Source: an uncultured delta proteobacterium
GTDB lineage: Bacteria > Desulfobacterota > Binatia > JACPRU01
Direction of reading: 5' to 3'
DNA: 64,000 nt
Assembly: GCA_963745025.1 (NCBI GenBank)
Contig: CAVUWD010000008.1
Span: forward strand, 64,001 to 128,000
The notes under the pieces are model-generated. The model ran no database searches. It was not told the origin of the DNA and saw nothing but the letters and a program-made list of their open reading frames with translations. A program made the translations under genes and the position numbers. Numbering within the stretch: the first letter of the stretch is position 1; the number at the start of each line of letters is the position of its first letter. Positions 12,800-23,668 of this stretch are shown in pieces.

Positions 12800-14497
12800 T
12801 CACTCGGTGCCCGCGGCGTGCGTGTGCGGCGGCGCGGGCGTTTCGTTCTCCGCCTGCGTGTCCGGCACCGGGATCAGCGACATGCCGCAGACCGGACACC
12901 TGCCGGGCCCCGGCTTGTGGACGAACGCGTGCTCGGGCATCGGACACGTCCAGTAGGCGATGCGCGGGCTCTCCACGTGCCCGGCGTGGCGGCGCACCGG
13001 CACCAGCGTCATGCCGCAGATCGGACACTTGCCGGGCGTGTCGTAGAGAGTGTCGCCGTGCCCTGGCATCGGGCAGACGTAGTACAGCCGCCCTTCGTCG
13101 GCGGCCTTCTCCGCCGCCTCGGGATGTGCGGCCGCGGCGGTGCGCGCGGTGGCGTCCTTGACCGGCGCGGCGCCGTTCGCCGTGCCCGGCTGCATGAACT
13201 TTAGCGCCGCCTCACGCAGCCGGCTCTCGGAGTCGAGCAGGAACTGCCCGGACACGACGACCGTCTCGCCCGGCTCGAGGCCGGACAGCACCTCGAGCTC
13301 GTTGCGCTCGGCGCGGCGTCCGATGGTCACTTCGCGCGCTTCGAAGTGGCCGGGCTTCGGCATGACGAAGACCACGGAGCGCGTGCCCGTGTCGATCACC
13401 GCGACGTCGGGTACCAGCGTCGCATCGTCGGCGACCTGGCTGACGAGCGTAACCGTCGCGTACATGCCCGGCTTCAGCTCGTAGCCCGGGTTGTGGAATT
13501 CCATGCGCGCCGACACTTCGCGCGACTTGGCGTCGAGGTAGGGATACACGTAGGTGACGCGGCCGCGGAACGTCCGACCGGGCAGGTAGTCGAGCGTCAT
13601 GAACGCTTCCTGCCCGAGGCGCACGTAGGGCAGGTCGTACTCGTAGACCTTGGCGATGACCCAAACGGTCGACAGGTCGCCAATGCGAAAGACCTCCATG
13701 CCGGCCATGATCCGTTGGCCTTTGACGACGTTCTTCTGCGTGACGATCCCGGTGAACGGGGCGCGAATGGTCAGCGTCTTGCGCACCGTGCCGGTGCGTT
13801 CGAGCTCGGCGATCTGCCCCGGAGAGATGTCGAAGTATTCCAGTCGCGTGCGCGCGTCGCGCACCAGCGCCTCCGAATCACCGCGCGACCGCGGGATCAG
13901 CGGCATGTCCTTTTTCTGCAAGTTGCGCAACGCCGCGAGGTACTCTTCCTGCGCGGAGAACAGCGCCGGCGAGTACAGCTCGAACAGCGGCTCGCCTTCG
14001 TGCACCTGGGCGCCGGTCTGGTTGACGTACAGCTTCTCGACCCAGCCGTCGACCTTGGTGGTCACAACGGTCAGCGTCGTCTCGTCGTAGTCGACGAAGC
14101 CGACCGTGCGCACGGTCTTGGCGAGCGGCCCGCGCTTAACCGTGTCGACGCGCACGCCCATGTCCTGCTCGACCACCGGATCGATCTGGATCGAGCCGGC
14201 GGCCGCTTCGCCTTCGTAGACCGGAACCAGATCCATTCCCATCGAGTCCTTCCCCGGTTTGTCGTGGATCTCGCCCGGACTCATCGAGGACTTCCAGTAG
14301 AGGACCTTGCGGTCCTTCGACGCTGTGCCTTGCGCTGCCGTCGGTGTGCTCGCCGACGCGTGTGGCAGTCCCATGGCTGCGGAACTCTCCGGCGCGGCCC
14401 CATCGGCGGCGGACGCGTTCCACCGGAACGCGCCGACGGCTCCACCGGTGACGACAACGACGAGGCCCATCCCCACGAGGATCGGTCGTAGCGTCAT
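12800..14497 (-). CDS. cusB: CusB-like RND periplasmic adaptor with heavy-metal-binding domains
   Basis: YWKSSM...KPGKDSMGMDLVP, ELYSPALFSAQEEY, LKPGMYA, SGQFLLDSE, two C-terminal CPM...C..CGM.L.P repeats. Confidence 0.9.
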   Translation of the reverse strand: MTLRPILVGMGLVVVVTGGAVGAFRWNASAADGAAPESSAAMGLPHASASTPTAAQGTASKDRKVLYWKSSMSPGEIHDKPGKDSMGMDLVPVYEGEAAAGSIQIDPVVEQDMGVRVDTVKRGPLAKTVRTVGFVDYDETTLTVVTTKVDGWVEKLYVNQTGAQVHEGEPLFELYSPALFSAQEEYLAALRNLQKKDMPLIPRSRGDSEALVRDARTRLEYFDISPGQIAELERTGTVRKTLTIRAPFTGIVTQKNVVKGQRIMAGMEVFRIGDLSTVWVIAKVYEYDLPYVRLGQEAFMTLDYLPGRTFRGRVTYVYPYLDAKSREVSARMEFHNPGYELKPGMYATVTLVSQVADDATLVPDVAVIDTGTRSVVFVMPKPGHFEAREVTIGRRAERNELEVLSGLEPGETVVVSGQFLLDSESRLREAALKFMQPGTANGAAPVKDATARTAAAAHPEAAEKAADEGRLYYVCPMPGHGDTLYDTPGKCPICGMTLVPVRRHAGHVESPRIAYWTCPMPEHAFVHKPGPGRCPVCGMSLIPVPDTQAENETPAPPHTHAAGTE

Positions 14498-15972
14498 GGT
14501 GCGGTGCTTCCCTCTTTTGGTGCCGAAGCGGCCGGCGCGTCATCGGCGATGCGCGGCACGCGCACGCCGATGAGTTGCTGCAGGTCGGCGAAGCGTTGCT
14601 CCAGCTGGGCGAGGGCGCGATCATAGCCGAGCGAGAAGTCGAGCCACTTGCGCCAGTTGTCGATCAGCGCCGTGAATTCGAGCGATCCGGCTTGATAGGT
14701 CGAGGTCGACACCTCGACGGCTTGCCAGGCACGCGGCACGATCAGGTCGCGAAAGAGCAGCGCCTGGCGGTACTGCGTGTCGATCTTCACCAGCGTGTCC
14801 TGCAGTTGGAAGGACAGCTGGTTGCGCATCTCGCGGTACTCCTCGACGGACGCCAGGGTCTGCGCGTTGCCTTCGAGCACGCGGGCGCGCAGGCGCTGCC
14901 ACCAGATCGGCAGGTTGAGGCCGAACCCCAGGCTCCACGCATCGTCGCCGGTGTGCACCGGGCTGATGCCGGAGCTGGAGATGAACGTGTACGTGTAGCC
15001 GACGGTGAGGTCGGGGAAGTAGTTCAGGCGTGCGAGATTGACGGTCTCGATGTCGCGCTCGATCTGCTCCTGCAACCGCGCCAGGCGCGGGTTCGCGGTC
15101 ACGGCGTGTTCCATCGCCTGTGGCAGCTTCCATTGTACCTGCCGGAGATCGAACGCGCGCGGCGGCGGCAGCGGCGCGTCGACGGCGCGATTCATCAGCG
15201 CGTTGAGCTGGGCGCGTGCCGTGGCGCGTTGTTGATCGAGAGTGATCAGCTCGTTCTGCAGGCCGTAGAGCTCGACCTCGGCGCGCAGCACGTCCTGCTG
15301 CGTCGCCGCACCCGCCTTGTAGCGCGCCCCCGCGACGTCGTGGATCTGTTGCAGCAGCTGCTCGCTCTGGCGGGTGATCTGGATCGAAACGTCGGCGAGG
15401 TAGTAGCTGTAGTAGACCTTCTGCACCTGGGCGACGGCGGAGATGCGCGCGTCGGCGAGACTGTCGAGCGCCATGCGCACGGTGGCCTCGGCGATGCGCC
15501 CGCGGGCACTGAGCTTGCCGGGGAAGGGGATCTTCTGGGTGACACTGAGGGCGCCGGCCATCATGCCCGCAGCCGTCTCGATCATGTCACCGGTCGGCGG
15601 GACGATGTTGATCATTGGATCGTCGAGCGAGGTGACCTGCGGGACCTGGTAGCCGAGCACCTGTAGCTGGCGGACGGCGCGCCCGATGGCCGGGTTGTCG
15701 CGCAGCGTGATGCGGACATAGTCGTCGAGCCCGGCATCGTCCGGCAGCGGCGCGTCGTTCGGCGACGGCAGGCCGTGCTCGGCAGTGTTCGTCGCCAGGC
15801 GGAGGGTCGCTGCGGTATCTTCCACCGCCGGCGTGAGATCGCGTGCTTCGGCAGCGATCTGGCGCTGCAACGCCCAGTTCACGGTACTGCAGCCCGCGGT
15901 GCCCAGCAGTAGCGCTGCGAAGCAAGGAACGAGGGCTTGTCCGCGGCGCTTCGCCCGTTCCTCCCGAGTCAT
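14494..15972 (-). CDS. TolC family outer-membrane efflux protein
   Basis: Lipobox-like LLLGTAGC, QKIPFPGKL, ARYKAGAATQQDVLRAEVE, LNLPIW; first gene of the RND operon; GGAG RBS. Confidence 0.88.
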   Translation of the reverse strand: MTREERAKRRGQALVPCFAALLLGTAGCSTVNWALQRQIAAEARDLTPAVEDTAATLRLATNTAEHGLPSPNDAPLPDDAGLDDYVRITLRDNPAIGRAVRQLQVLGYQVPQVTSLDDPMINIVPPTGDMIETAAGMMAGALSVTQKIPFPGKLSARGRIAEATVRMALDSLADARISAVAQVQKVYYSYYLADVSIQITRQSEQLLQQIHDVAGARYKAGAATQQDVLRAEVELYGLQNELITLDQQRATARAQLNALMNRAVDAPLPPPRAFDLRQVQWKLPQAMEHAVTANPRLARLQEQIERDIETVNLARLNYFPDLTVGYTYTFISSSGISPVHTGDDAWSLGFGLNLPIWWQRLRARVLEGNAQTLASVEEYREMRNQLSFQLQDTLVKIDTQYRQALLFRDLIVPRAWQAVEVSTSTYQAGSLEFTALIDNWRKWLDFSLGYDRALAQLEQRFADLQQLIGVRVPRIADDAPAASAPKEGSTAP

Positions 15973-16075
15973 GCACGCACTCCGTAACGATGCGGCGTGT
16001 CCTGGAACCGCGCGCAGCACGCCAAGAGTCGAAGAACACGACCGCGCATCGGCAATCAGACATCGTTTGGTCTCC

Positions 16076-16818
16076 TCATAGCCAGCCGTTCGCAAATCCC
16101 GCCCGCCGTAACCCCGTGACGACGTAGGGGCAACGCCGCGTCAGTCGCCAAAGCAAGTCCGAGCGGTAGTTCTCGCACATCAATACGACCGGCCCCAGGT
16201 TGATCCCGTAATGGTACAGCGAGGTCCAGCCGGGCTTGCCCTGCGAGTCGTGCGGAAAGGTCAAATTGAAGCTGCACTTGAAGCAATACTTGCCGGTGAT
16301 CTCCGGGTAGACCTCCTTGAAATGCCGAACCGTCGGCAGCACGATCTCCGGGGCAAAGGGCAGTGAGGCGACCACTGCCCACGGCGCGACGGTCCCGTCG
16401 TCCGGGCCGTACGGCACGCCGCGCGCCACATAATCGAAGAAGCGGCGCTCGACGCCACGGACCTGCCGCACCGTCCAGCCGGGTCCATCGCTCGCGGTCA
16501 GCCCCCAGAAGTATTGGCCGTAGCCCACGAATGCGAGAGGGTTATGAACCGCGTACTGCTGCTGGACGTGGGTCGCTCGCCGGCTGTTCTCGAAGTAGTC
16601 GATGCCCTTGCCGCGCATGAAGGCATCCTGGATCCCACGGAAGTCGATCCACAGGTGCGAGAATTGATGGGTGAAGAGCGAGCTGCCATACAGGAACTCG
16701 TGCCCATAGATCTCCTTCCACTCGTAGGTGGAGGTCCACGCCGAATAGCTTTCCTTTGGCAGCGGGTACGTCGGCGAACCAAGGCCCAGCACGTACACGA
16801 GCAGGGCCTCGTCGTAGC
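16076..16818 (-). pseudogene. C-terminal fragment of glucoamylase-family (DUF3131/GH144-like) protein
   Basis: YDEALLVYVLGLGSPT, LFTHQFSHLWIDFRGI, YFENSRRAT, WGLTASDGP; N-terminus replaced by unrelated sequence. Confidence 0.75.
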
Positions 16819-17077
16819 ACCGAGCTCTCGCCATTCACAGTGACACCGTCCGCGGGAATCTTCTCGCCTGGTTTGATCAGGACCTTGTCATCCACCGCCA
16901 GCTCGCTCAGCAGCACGTCCTTCACGCTCCCGTCGGGCATGAGCTTGTGCGCGTCCGAGGGCATGAGCTTGGCCAGCTCCTCCAGGGCCCTCGAGGCTCC
17001 CATCACCGACTTCATCTCGATCCAGTGCCCCAGCAGCATGATGTCAACGAGGGTGGCCAGCTCCCAGAAGAACGCGC
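16819..17077 (-). pseudogene. Internal fragment of Cu-translocating P1B ATPase (CopB-like)
   Basis: FFWELATLVDIMLLGHWIEMKSVMGASRALEELAKLMP...IKPGEKIPADG. Confidence 0.85.
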
Positions 17078-17645
17078 CGGCCGCTCAGGGGCACCCTGCA
17101 CAACAATCTCGACGAGCGGCCGCTGGAAGACAGCGATCGGGTACGGAGTGCTCGCCCACCGCGCGGCAACGATCGTAAGCGCAACCCCCGCCCCGGCGAG
17201 CAATATCATCGCGCCAAAGGCGAGCAGAACCTGCGCGACGCGGCTCGTGCGCCCCCGTACATGAACGACCGAGGGCCTTTCGTAGGGGCGCTCGTCCCCC
17301 CAATCGGTTGGGCCGCTCACTGAGATGCTCGATCACGCCACGACGACAACAGCGGCATTACATGATCGTATAAATTTCAACAAGCGAAGGTCCGCAGGGC
17401 TACCCGGGGATTTACCTCACGTCGCTGAGCGGGGTGTTTGTCTGGCCCGGGTAGTCCTACCGCGCCTTCGGGAGCGTTTGCCAGACTACCCGGAGCAGGG
17501 TTCGTAGCGCACGCTTAGGCCGGTGCCCGGCGCCGAGCTGCGCCTTCCTAAGATTTTCTGCAGCTCGCGGGCGTACGTAAGGTTGGAATCTAGGACACCG
17601 GCACTGCCACTCTACCGCTCTACGCCCGCTTTGACGGGGCGCACA

Positions 17646-17728
17646 AGGGGCGCAAAACCACTAACCCCCTGACTCCTCGACTCTTCCTCCACACTTTAAG
17701 GCTGGGAAGTCGAGGAACTTCGGACTAG
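17646..17728 (-). mobile_element. Solo left end of an IS1634-family element
   Basis: Reverse complement closely matches 50014-50096, ends GGAACTTCGGACTAG. Confidence 0.8.
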
Positions 17729-17829
17729 AAGTCCATCGCGAACGCGCTTTGGCCCAGCGCCAAGAGGATAAATCCGGCGATCACCGCCCGAGTTCCTATC
17801 GTCCGCGTCGTTTCGCTCCGGTTTCGGCT

Positions 17830-18430
17830 ATTACTTGGGCTTGCCCAGGCCCGCATCGTCACGCGCGCATATCGCAATCGCCGAAAAGTCCATGTCGCCC
17901 CGTCCCTTGGCAATACTGGACACGAACCGCTCGCGGGAAAGGCGGCTATAGGCATTGGCGCTCCTGCTTCCGCCCCGGTCTCAAGCATCAGTTTTACGTC
18001 CTTGAGGCCGAGCTCCATCCTGAATGTCACGGGCTGGTGCACCATGCGGGCGATTTCGGAGCCAAAGCCCTGGTACACGAGACAGGCAAAGGCTGTTTGC
18101 GTGAGCATCTCCACGGTTTCGACTCGATCGACGCCGCTCTTTTCCGCCAGCGTGAGCGCCTCGGCGAGGGCCTCGATCGCGGCAATGATCAGAAAGTTCA
18201 TGGTGAGCTTCACGACGCTGGCGGCCCCGGGGTCCTCGCCGAAGTCGAATACCTTCTGCCCCATCGCCTCGAGCAGCTGGCGAATTTTTTCTTTCGCGGC
18301 GTTAGGGCCTGACGCGCAAAGCCACATTTGCCTCGATCACGCCGCGTCGGGCCGCCCGAAGGCAGGCGCCGCAACGTAGAAACTCCCGCATTCGGCGTGA
18401 TACCGAGCGAGCCTACTCAACCGGTTCAGG
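17830..18430 (-). pseudogene. 3-hydroxyisobutyrate-dehydrogenase-like NAD(P) oxidoreductase remnant
   Basis: YVAAPAFGRPDAA*...ASVVKLTMNFLI...EALTLAEKSG...LGLKDVKLM; internal stop, frameshift, no N-terminus. Confidence 0.75.
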
Positions 18431-18657
18431 TCCTGGTCGCCGCGAGCTAGATAACGCCTCGATCTCAGACGCCCGCACTCCCGCTCCGCCGCCCCGCTCT
18501 GACGGGAGCAACGTCCCTCTTCTCGGCCTCCACCTAAAGTAGGGGCGAAATCCCTACTTCCGCTGGATTGGCGGAGCGCGCCGGGTGCGTTCCACTTCCC
18601 GATCCGACCGTCGGGCCAGGCCACAACGGGTTCCGCGTTACGAAAGGAAATCATCCC

Positions 18658-18906
18658 GTGAACAAGGCGTTCCTTGCAGTCCCTTGCGCGATGGGCCTTG
18701 TCGGCATCGCACTCATCGCTATCGCGCTCACCGCCGCGGAGGAATTTCGTTTCCTCGGCGCGACATTGGAGAAGCGCTTCGGCTTCGTGCTCGGCGGGGT
18801 CGGAATCCTTGGCGCCGTGGTCATCGCTTCCGTAATGCGCGGGAAGCTGAAGGCTGAGGCGCAGGGTCCTCGGCGCACGGCCGAATCGCACCGGCCTCGC
18901 GCCTGA
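18658..18906 (+). CDS. Small 2-TM hypothetical protein (82 aa), paralog of 23669-23917
   Basis: AAAGGA RBS, GTG start, two hydrophobic segments. Confidence 0.65.
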   Translation: MNKAFLAVPCAMGLVGIALIAIALTAAEEFRFLGATLEKRFGFVLGGVGILGAVVIASVMRGKLKAEAQGPRRTAESHRPRA

Positions 18907-19307
18907 TGCTGGAACCACGGATGGGCGGCGCAGCAACGACCCGTGGAAGCCGGATGGCCAGCCGTCTTCCACGAGGCGTGTGCAGCAGCGAGAGAGACGG
19001 CGTAAGGGCTTTCGCAGTAGGCAGGTGGGCGCCATCGTTGGCAGAGGCGACCATACTTGTGCGTTTCGTGACCGTGCCGCTGCTGGCGCTATGGCTAAGC
19101 CGCTGCACCAAACCCCACGACGAAGGCCTGGAGAGCTGGCGGGGCAACCTTTGCAGAGATCATGCTGGGATCTGCCGTGATGCAGCCAGCGGGGAACAGG
19201 CGCCAGTCGTATGCGAGGATGCGAGCATTCCGGTTTGCCCCAAGATGCGACTATGAGTGCTTGCCGTCGTGAATCGAGTTGGAAACTCTGGGCTTCGCAG
19301 GTCAATC

Positions 19308-20600
19308 GTGACGAAAAGGTTCTTCTTCGCCCTCTTCTTAGCCACGAGCCCAGCGTGGGCGGAGGCGCAAGCATCTCACGACGATCCGATCGCAGCAGTC
19401 GCCCTCTGGTTGGCCGTCATCCTCGTGACCGCAAAGCTCGGTGGCGATCTCGCCGTGCGCGCAGGTCAGCCGGCCGTTCTCGGCGAGCTCATCGGCGGCA
19501 TCGTGCTTGGCAATCTCTCGCTCGCTGGGGTCTCGGCGTTTGCGGGAATCAAAACGGACCTGTCCCTCGAGATGCTCGCTCGGATCGGTGCGCTCATCTT
19601 GCTCTTCGAGGTCGGTCTCGAGTCGACCGTGGCTGAGATGCTCGACGTCGGGACTTCGGCGATGCTCGTGGCGACGGCCGGAGTCGTCGCTCCGTTCGCG
19701 CTGGGCTGGGGCGTGGGGGCGTGGCTCCTCCCGGAGCACAGCACGTACGTCCATGCCTTCCTCGGCGCCACACTCTGTGCCACGAGCGTCGGTATCACCG
19801 CGCGGGTCTTGAAGGACCTCGGACGGTCGCAGAGCCGCGAGGCACGAATCATCCTCGGTGCGGCTGTGATCGACGACGTGCTCGGTCTCGTCGTGCTCGC
19901 GGTCGTCAGCGGTGTCGTCGTGGCAGCCGATACGGGCGGCCATCTTTCCTACGGCGCAATAGCCGCGATACTCGGCAAGGCCATTGCGTTTCTCGCCGGC
20001 TCGCTGATTCTCGGTGTCTATCTGTCACCGAAGATCTTCCGTCTGGCAGCGGCCCTCCGTTCGGGAGGCGTGCTGCTCGCGGCGGGGCTCTCCTCTTGCT
20101 TCCTCCTCGCGTGGCTTGCGAATGCGATCGGCCTTGCGTCGATCGTCGGAGCGTTCGCCGCCGGTCTCATTCTCGAGGCCTTGCATTCCGCGATCTTCGT
20201 CGAGCGTGGCGAGCCCGGGCTTCGGGAACTCGTTCATCCGATCTCGGGCTTCCTCGTGCCGGTGTTCTTCGTCGTCATGGGAGCCCGCGCAGACCTTCGT
20301 GCGTTCACGGAGCCTACGATCGTCGGCCTGGCCACGGCGCTCACCATTGCCGCGATCGCCGGCAAGCAAGCGTGCTCGGCAGCGGTCACAGGCCGAGGCA
20401 TCGACCGTTTGTCGATCGGAATCGGCATGGTGCCTCGCGGCGAGGTCGGGCTGATCTTCGCGAACATGGGGCTCGCGTTGTCGGTCCATGGCGAGCGCAT
20501 CATCGACGCTTCCACGTACTCCGCCTTGGTCGTGATGATCATAGTCACCACCATGATTACTCCGCCGGCTCTGAAGTGGAGTCTCGCGCGAAGGCGCTGA
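19308..20600 (+). CDS. Cation:proton antiporter (CPA2 family)
   Basis: GQPAVLGELIGG, LLFEVGLES, ATSVGITARVL, ILGAAVIDDVLG, GMVPRGEVGLIFA. Confidence 0.92.
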   Translation: MTKRFFFALFLATSPAWAEAQASHDDPIAAVALWLAVILVTAKLGGDLAVRAGQPAVLGELIGGIVLGNLSLAGVSAFAGIKTDLSLEMLARIGALILLFEVGLESTVAEMLDVGTSAMLVATAGVVAPFALGWGVGAWLLPEHSTYVHAFLGATLCATSVGITARVLKDLGRSQSREARIILGAAVIDDVLGLVVLAVVSGVVVAADTGGHLSYGAIAAILGKAIAFLAGSLILGVYLSPKIFRLAAALRSGGVLLAAGLSSCFLLAWLANAIGLASIVGAFAAGLILEALHSAIFVERGEPGLRELVHPISGFLVPVFFVVMGARADLRAFTEPTIVGLATALTIAAIAGKQACSAAVTGRGIDRLSIGIGMVPRGEVGLIFANMGLALSVHGERIIDASTYSALVVMIIVTTMITPPALKWSLARRR

Positions 20601-20869
20601 GCGTACCGCGAGCGACGAGGGTTCCCATGACCTCTGCCGTGCCACTGGATTCTTTTGGCTGGCGGCTCGTCTTGCCACCGCCGGCTGCTCGATGGTCGCG
20701 AGCAGGCGCAGCCGCTCGCTGCTTTCGGGACAGGCAAGCACGTCGGAATGCCCAGAGCCCCTACCCGCCCGATCTCCACCCGGTTTCCCGGTTCTGTTCG
20801 ATTCGCGGCTCGATTAAGGTGCCCCTGGCGCTCGGCCGACGTGCTGCATCGGCTGGGCCGGTGCCCGGG

Positions 20870-21323
20870 CCGCCGTGGGCGGCGCTCGTTTCTCCGCGAT
20901 CGTCCGCGCTCCTTTGACCGGGATCGTCCTTATCGTGGAGATGACGGGTAACTACTCGCTCGTCTTGCCCTGTTGGTCGCCTGTCTTACCGCTTATGGTG
21001 TCGCTGAGTTCCTTCGCGACCGCCCCGTGTACGAGGCCTTGCTCGACCGTGACCTCGTCCGAAGTCAGGAGAACGCGGCACTCGAGGGCACCCTGCTTCT
21101 CGACCTCACCATCACGTCCGGAGCCCCGTTCGACGGTCGGCGAGTGCGCGAACTGGGACTTCCGCCAGGCTGCATCGTGATCCTGCTCCGGCGGGGAGTG
21201 CGCGAGGAAGTACCCACTACCGAGTCTCGCATCATGGCCGGCGATCAAATTACCGTGCTGGCCGCCCCGCACGCGGCGGGTGCCCTTCGGCTTCTTCACG
21301 AAGGAGCTGGGCTCGGTGCCTGA
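20870..21323 (+). pseudogene. C-terminal fragment of ClC chloride channel with TrkA-C domain
   Basis: IVRAPLTGIVLIVEMTGNY / PVYEALL...GRRVRELGLPPG...GDQITV; frameshifted, N-terminus absent. Confidence 0.75.
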
Positions 21324-21782
21324 CGTTCCGTTCCTCGACTCATCGCCTGCGCGCAGCAATGAAAGCCGAGACCAGGCACGCAGGACGCATGAATCCCCAG
21401 GGAGCTGCGAAGTCTTACGGAATACGCCCTACCACGACCCGGTTGCGGCGCTGGGGTGGGTCGCATGGACTCCGTGGTCGTTGCCCGACCGCCGAACCCG
21501 ATACTTTCAACGGGGACCGCAGGAGCCCCGTTGCGGCCGCCTTCATGGAACAATGCATCGGAAGCTCACCGAGCACTTCATTCGCCGGTTGTACCAACCG
21601 TGTCGCGCCGGTGAACCGGGCGAAGAGAACAGAACGCGGGACAAATCGAAAGCCTTCGGTGCCCGCCTGGATCGAAGACACCGTCCGCGCGGCATTGCGG
21701 ACCGACTCACCGTGCGTGTAGTTCGATCATGCAGCCAACTACGCGGGCGCGCAGCGACCCGTGGCGACAAAGGCGAACCTCC

Positions 21783-22898
21783 ATGATCACACGTCATCTT
21801 GCCGATCTGGATCTCAACATCGCTCGAGCTCGGATCTTTTTGTCTCTCGCCACCCTGGTTTCCGTTTATGCCGATCCGAATGTGCCCGACATGACTCCAT
21901 GGATACGGTTGACGGGCGGGCCGATGCGCATCGACCGCTATGCATTGGCCGCGCTGTGCACCCACCTCGGCTACAGCGCGGTGATGCACGCCGCCTCCAG
22001 CTATCGGCCGCTCGGTCCGCGGCTTCACCTCGCCTCAAAGATGCTCGACATTTTCTTCGCCGTCATTGTCGCAGTGTTCACGGAAGGAAGGACGAGCCCG
22101 TCGTTCGTGTTCTTCGCATTCGCCATCATCGCCGTCGGCTGTCGCGAGGGTTTTCGCGCGACGATCACGGTTACTCTGTGCAGCGCGATGCTGTATTTGG
22201 CCCTGCTCGTCTTATCCTCGCAGGGTACCGCGCCGAGCGCCTATCTGATGCGTCCGGTCTATCTGGCAATCACGGGGTACCTGATCAGTTTCCTCGGTCA
22301 GCAGCGAATCAACTTCGAGACCCGGGTTCGGGAGCTCGAGACCCGCGCGCAGCGGCTGACGATTGCGCGCTCTTTGCACGACGGATTCATCCAGTCGCTT
22401 GCGGCGGTGAAGCTTCGCCTCGCCACGTGCAGTCAGTGGCTCTCGGAAGGGCAGCTGGAGCGCGGAATCGCTGATATCACCGATCTTCAGTCCGGCATCA
22501 CGCGGGAGTACGACGAGGTCCGAGCGTACGTACGCTCGCTGGCGGAGCTCGAGGGGACTGCGGTTTCGATGCCCGAGAACTCCGATACGCGCTTCGAGGT
22601 CGACGTGCGCTTTCGCGCGCGCGGGGCCGTGACCGAGCAAATCCTGCAAATCCTACTCGAGGGTACACGCAACGTCGTCCACCATGCCGGCGCGACCTCG
22701 GCGGTGTTCTCCGCGAGGGAAGAGGCCGGAACCGTGCGCATCTCGCTCGACGACGATGGGATCGGCTTCCCCGCAGGAACGCAGGCGCCTTGGTCGATCG
22801 CCTCGCGGGTGTCGGAGGTAGGCGGGCGAATCGAAGTTTGCGATCGGTCGGGGGCAGGCGTACACCTCGAGGTCGAGCTACCCGCTGCGTACACCTGA
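21783..22898 (+). CDS. Membrane sensor histidine kinase (HisKA_3/NarX type)
   Basis: Several TM helices, IARSLHDG H-box, EGTRNVVHHA N-box, DDGIGF G1-box. Confidence 0.88.
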   Translation: MITRHLADLDLNIARARIFLSLATLVSVYADPNVPDMTPWIRLTGGPMRIDRYALAALCTHLGYSAVMHAASSYRPLGPRLHLASKMLDIFFAVIVAVFTEGRTSPSFVFFAFAIIAVGCREGFRATITVTLCSAMLYLALLVLSSQGTAPSAYLMRPVYLAITGYLISFLGQQRINFETRVRELETRAQRLTIARSLHDGFIQSLAAVKLRLATCSQWLSEGQLERGIADITDLQSGITREYDEVRAYVRSLAELEGTAVSMPENSDTRFEVDVRFRARGAVTEQILQILLEGTRNVVHHAGATSAVFSAREEAGTVRISLDDDGIGFPAGTQAPWSIASRVSEVGGRIEVCDRSGAGVHLEVELPAAYT

Positions 22899-23533
22899 TG
22901 AAGAATCGCGTCCGCGTCATTCTGGCCGACGACCACGCCCTCTTCCGCGGAGCTCTGCGGTCTCAGCTCGCGCGGGAGGCCGACATCGAGGTGGTTGGCG
23001 AGGTAGAACGAGCCGGAGATCTCGCGGCGACGATCGATCGCGTCGCGTGTGACGTCTTGCTGCTCGATCTCCAGATGGAGCGCTGGTCACTCAACGACAT
23101 CGAAGAGTTGTCGAAGAGAGTACGCGTGGTCGTCGTCACTGCCAGCGAGCGCTCCGCGGATGCGCTCGCGGCGGTTCGACTGGGCGCACGAGCCGTGGTT
23201 CAGAAGCACCTCGCCTTCGAGACGCTGGTCGGCGCCATCCGGGCTGTCGCGGAAGGACTCGTCTGGCTTCCACCTCATCTACAGACAGAACTCGCCGAAG
23301 ATTGGAGATCCCCCGGCCGGACGTCACTGACGGAGCGCGAGCGTGAGGTCACCCGGCTGGTGGCGGTCGGATTGCGCAACGCGGAGATCGCTAAGCGACT
23401 GTTCATCAGCGAGCTCACGGTGAAGACGCACCTCAACAACGTTTTCCAAAAGCTAGCTCTGCGAGATCGTGTCGAGCTGACTCGTTACGCGATCCGCGAA
23501 GGCTTGGTCGGAGTGCACGACCCGGAAGTCTGA
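22898..23533 (+). CDS. NarL/LuxR family response regulator
   Basis: LADDHALFR, LLLDLQM, LTEREREV...NAEIAKRLFISELTVKTH; TGATG overlap with kinase. Confidence 0.92.
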   Translation: MKNRVRVILADDHALFRGALRSQLAREADIEVVGEVERAGDLAATIDRVACDVLLLDLQMERWSLNDIEELSKRVRVVVVTASERSADALAAVRLGARAVVQKHLAFETLVGAIRAVAEGLVWLPPHLQTELAEDWRSPGRTSLTEREREVTRLVAVGLRNAEIAKRLFISELTVKTHLNNVFQKLALRDRVELTRYAIREGLVGVHDPEV

Positions 23534-23668
23534 GCCAACCCCTCCTACCAAAGTACCAGGGGAGATTCCTCCCGTCGTCGAATGGTCGGTTGGCCAGCTC
23601 GCACTATATTCGTGCCTGGTCGAATTGTCTCGCGCAGTTCGCGCGAGCGCCGAAGGGAGGCTTTGCCT

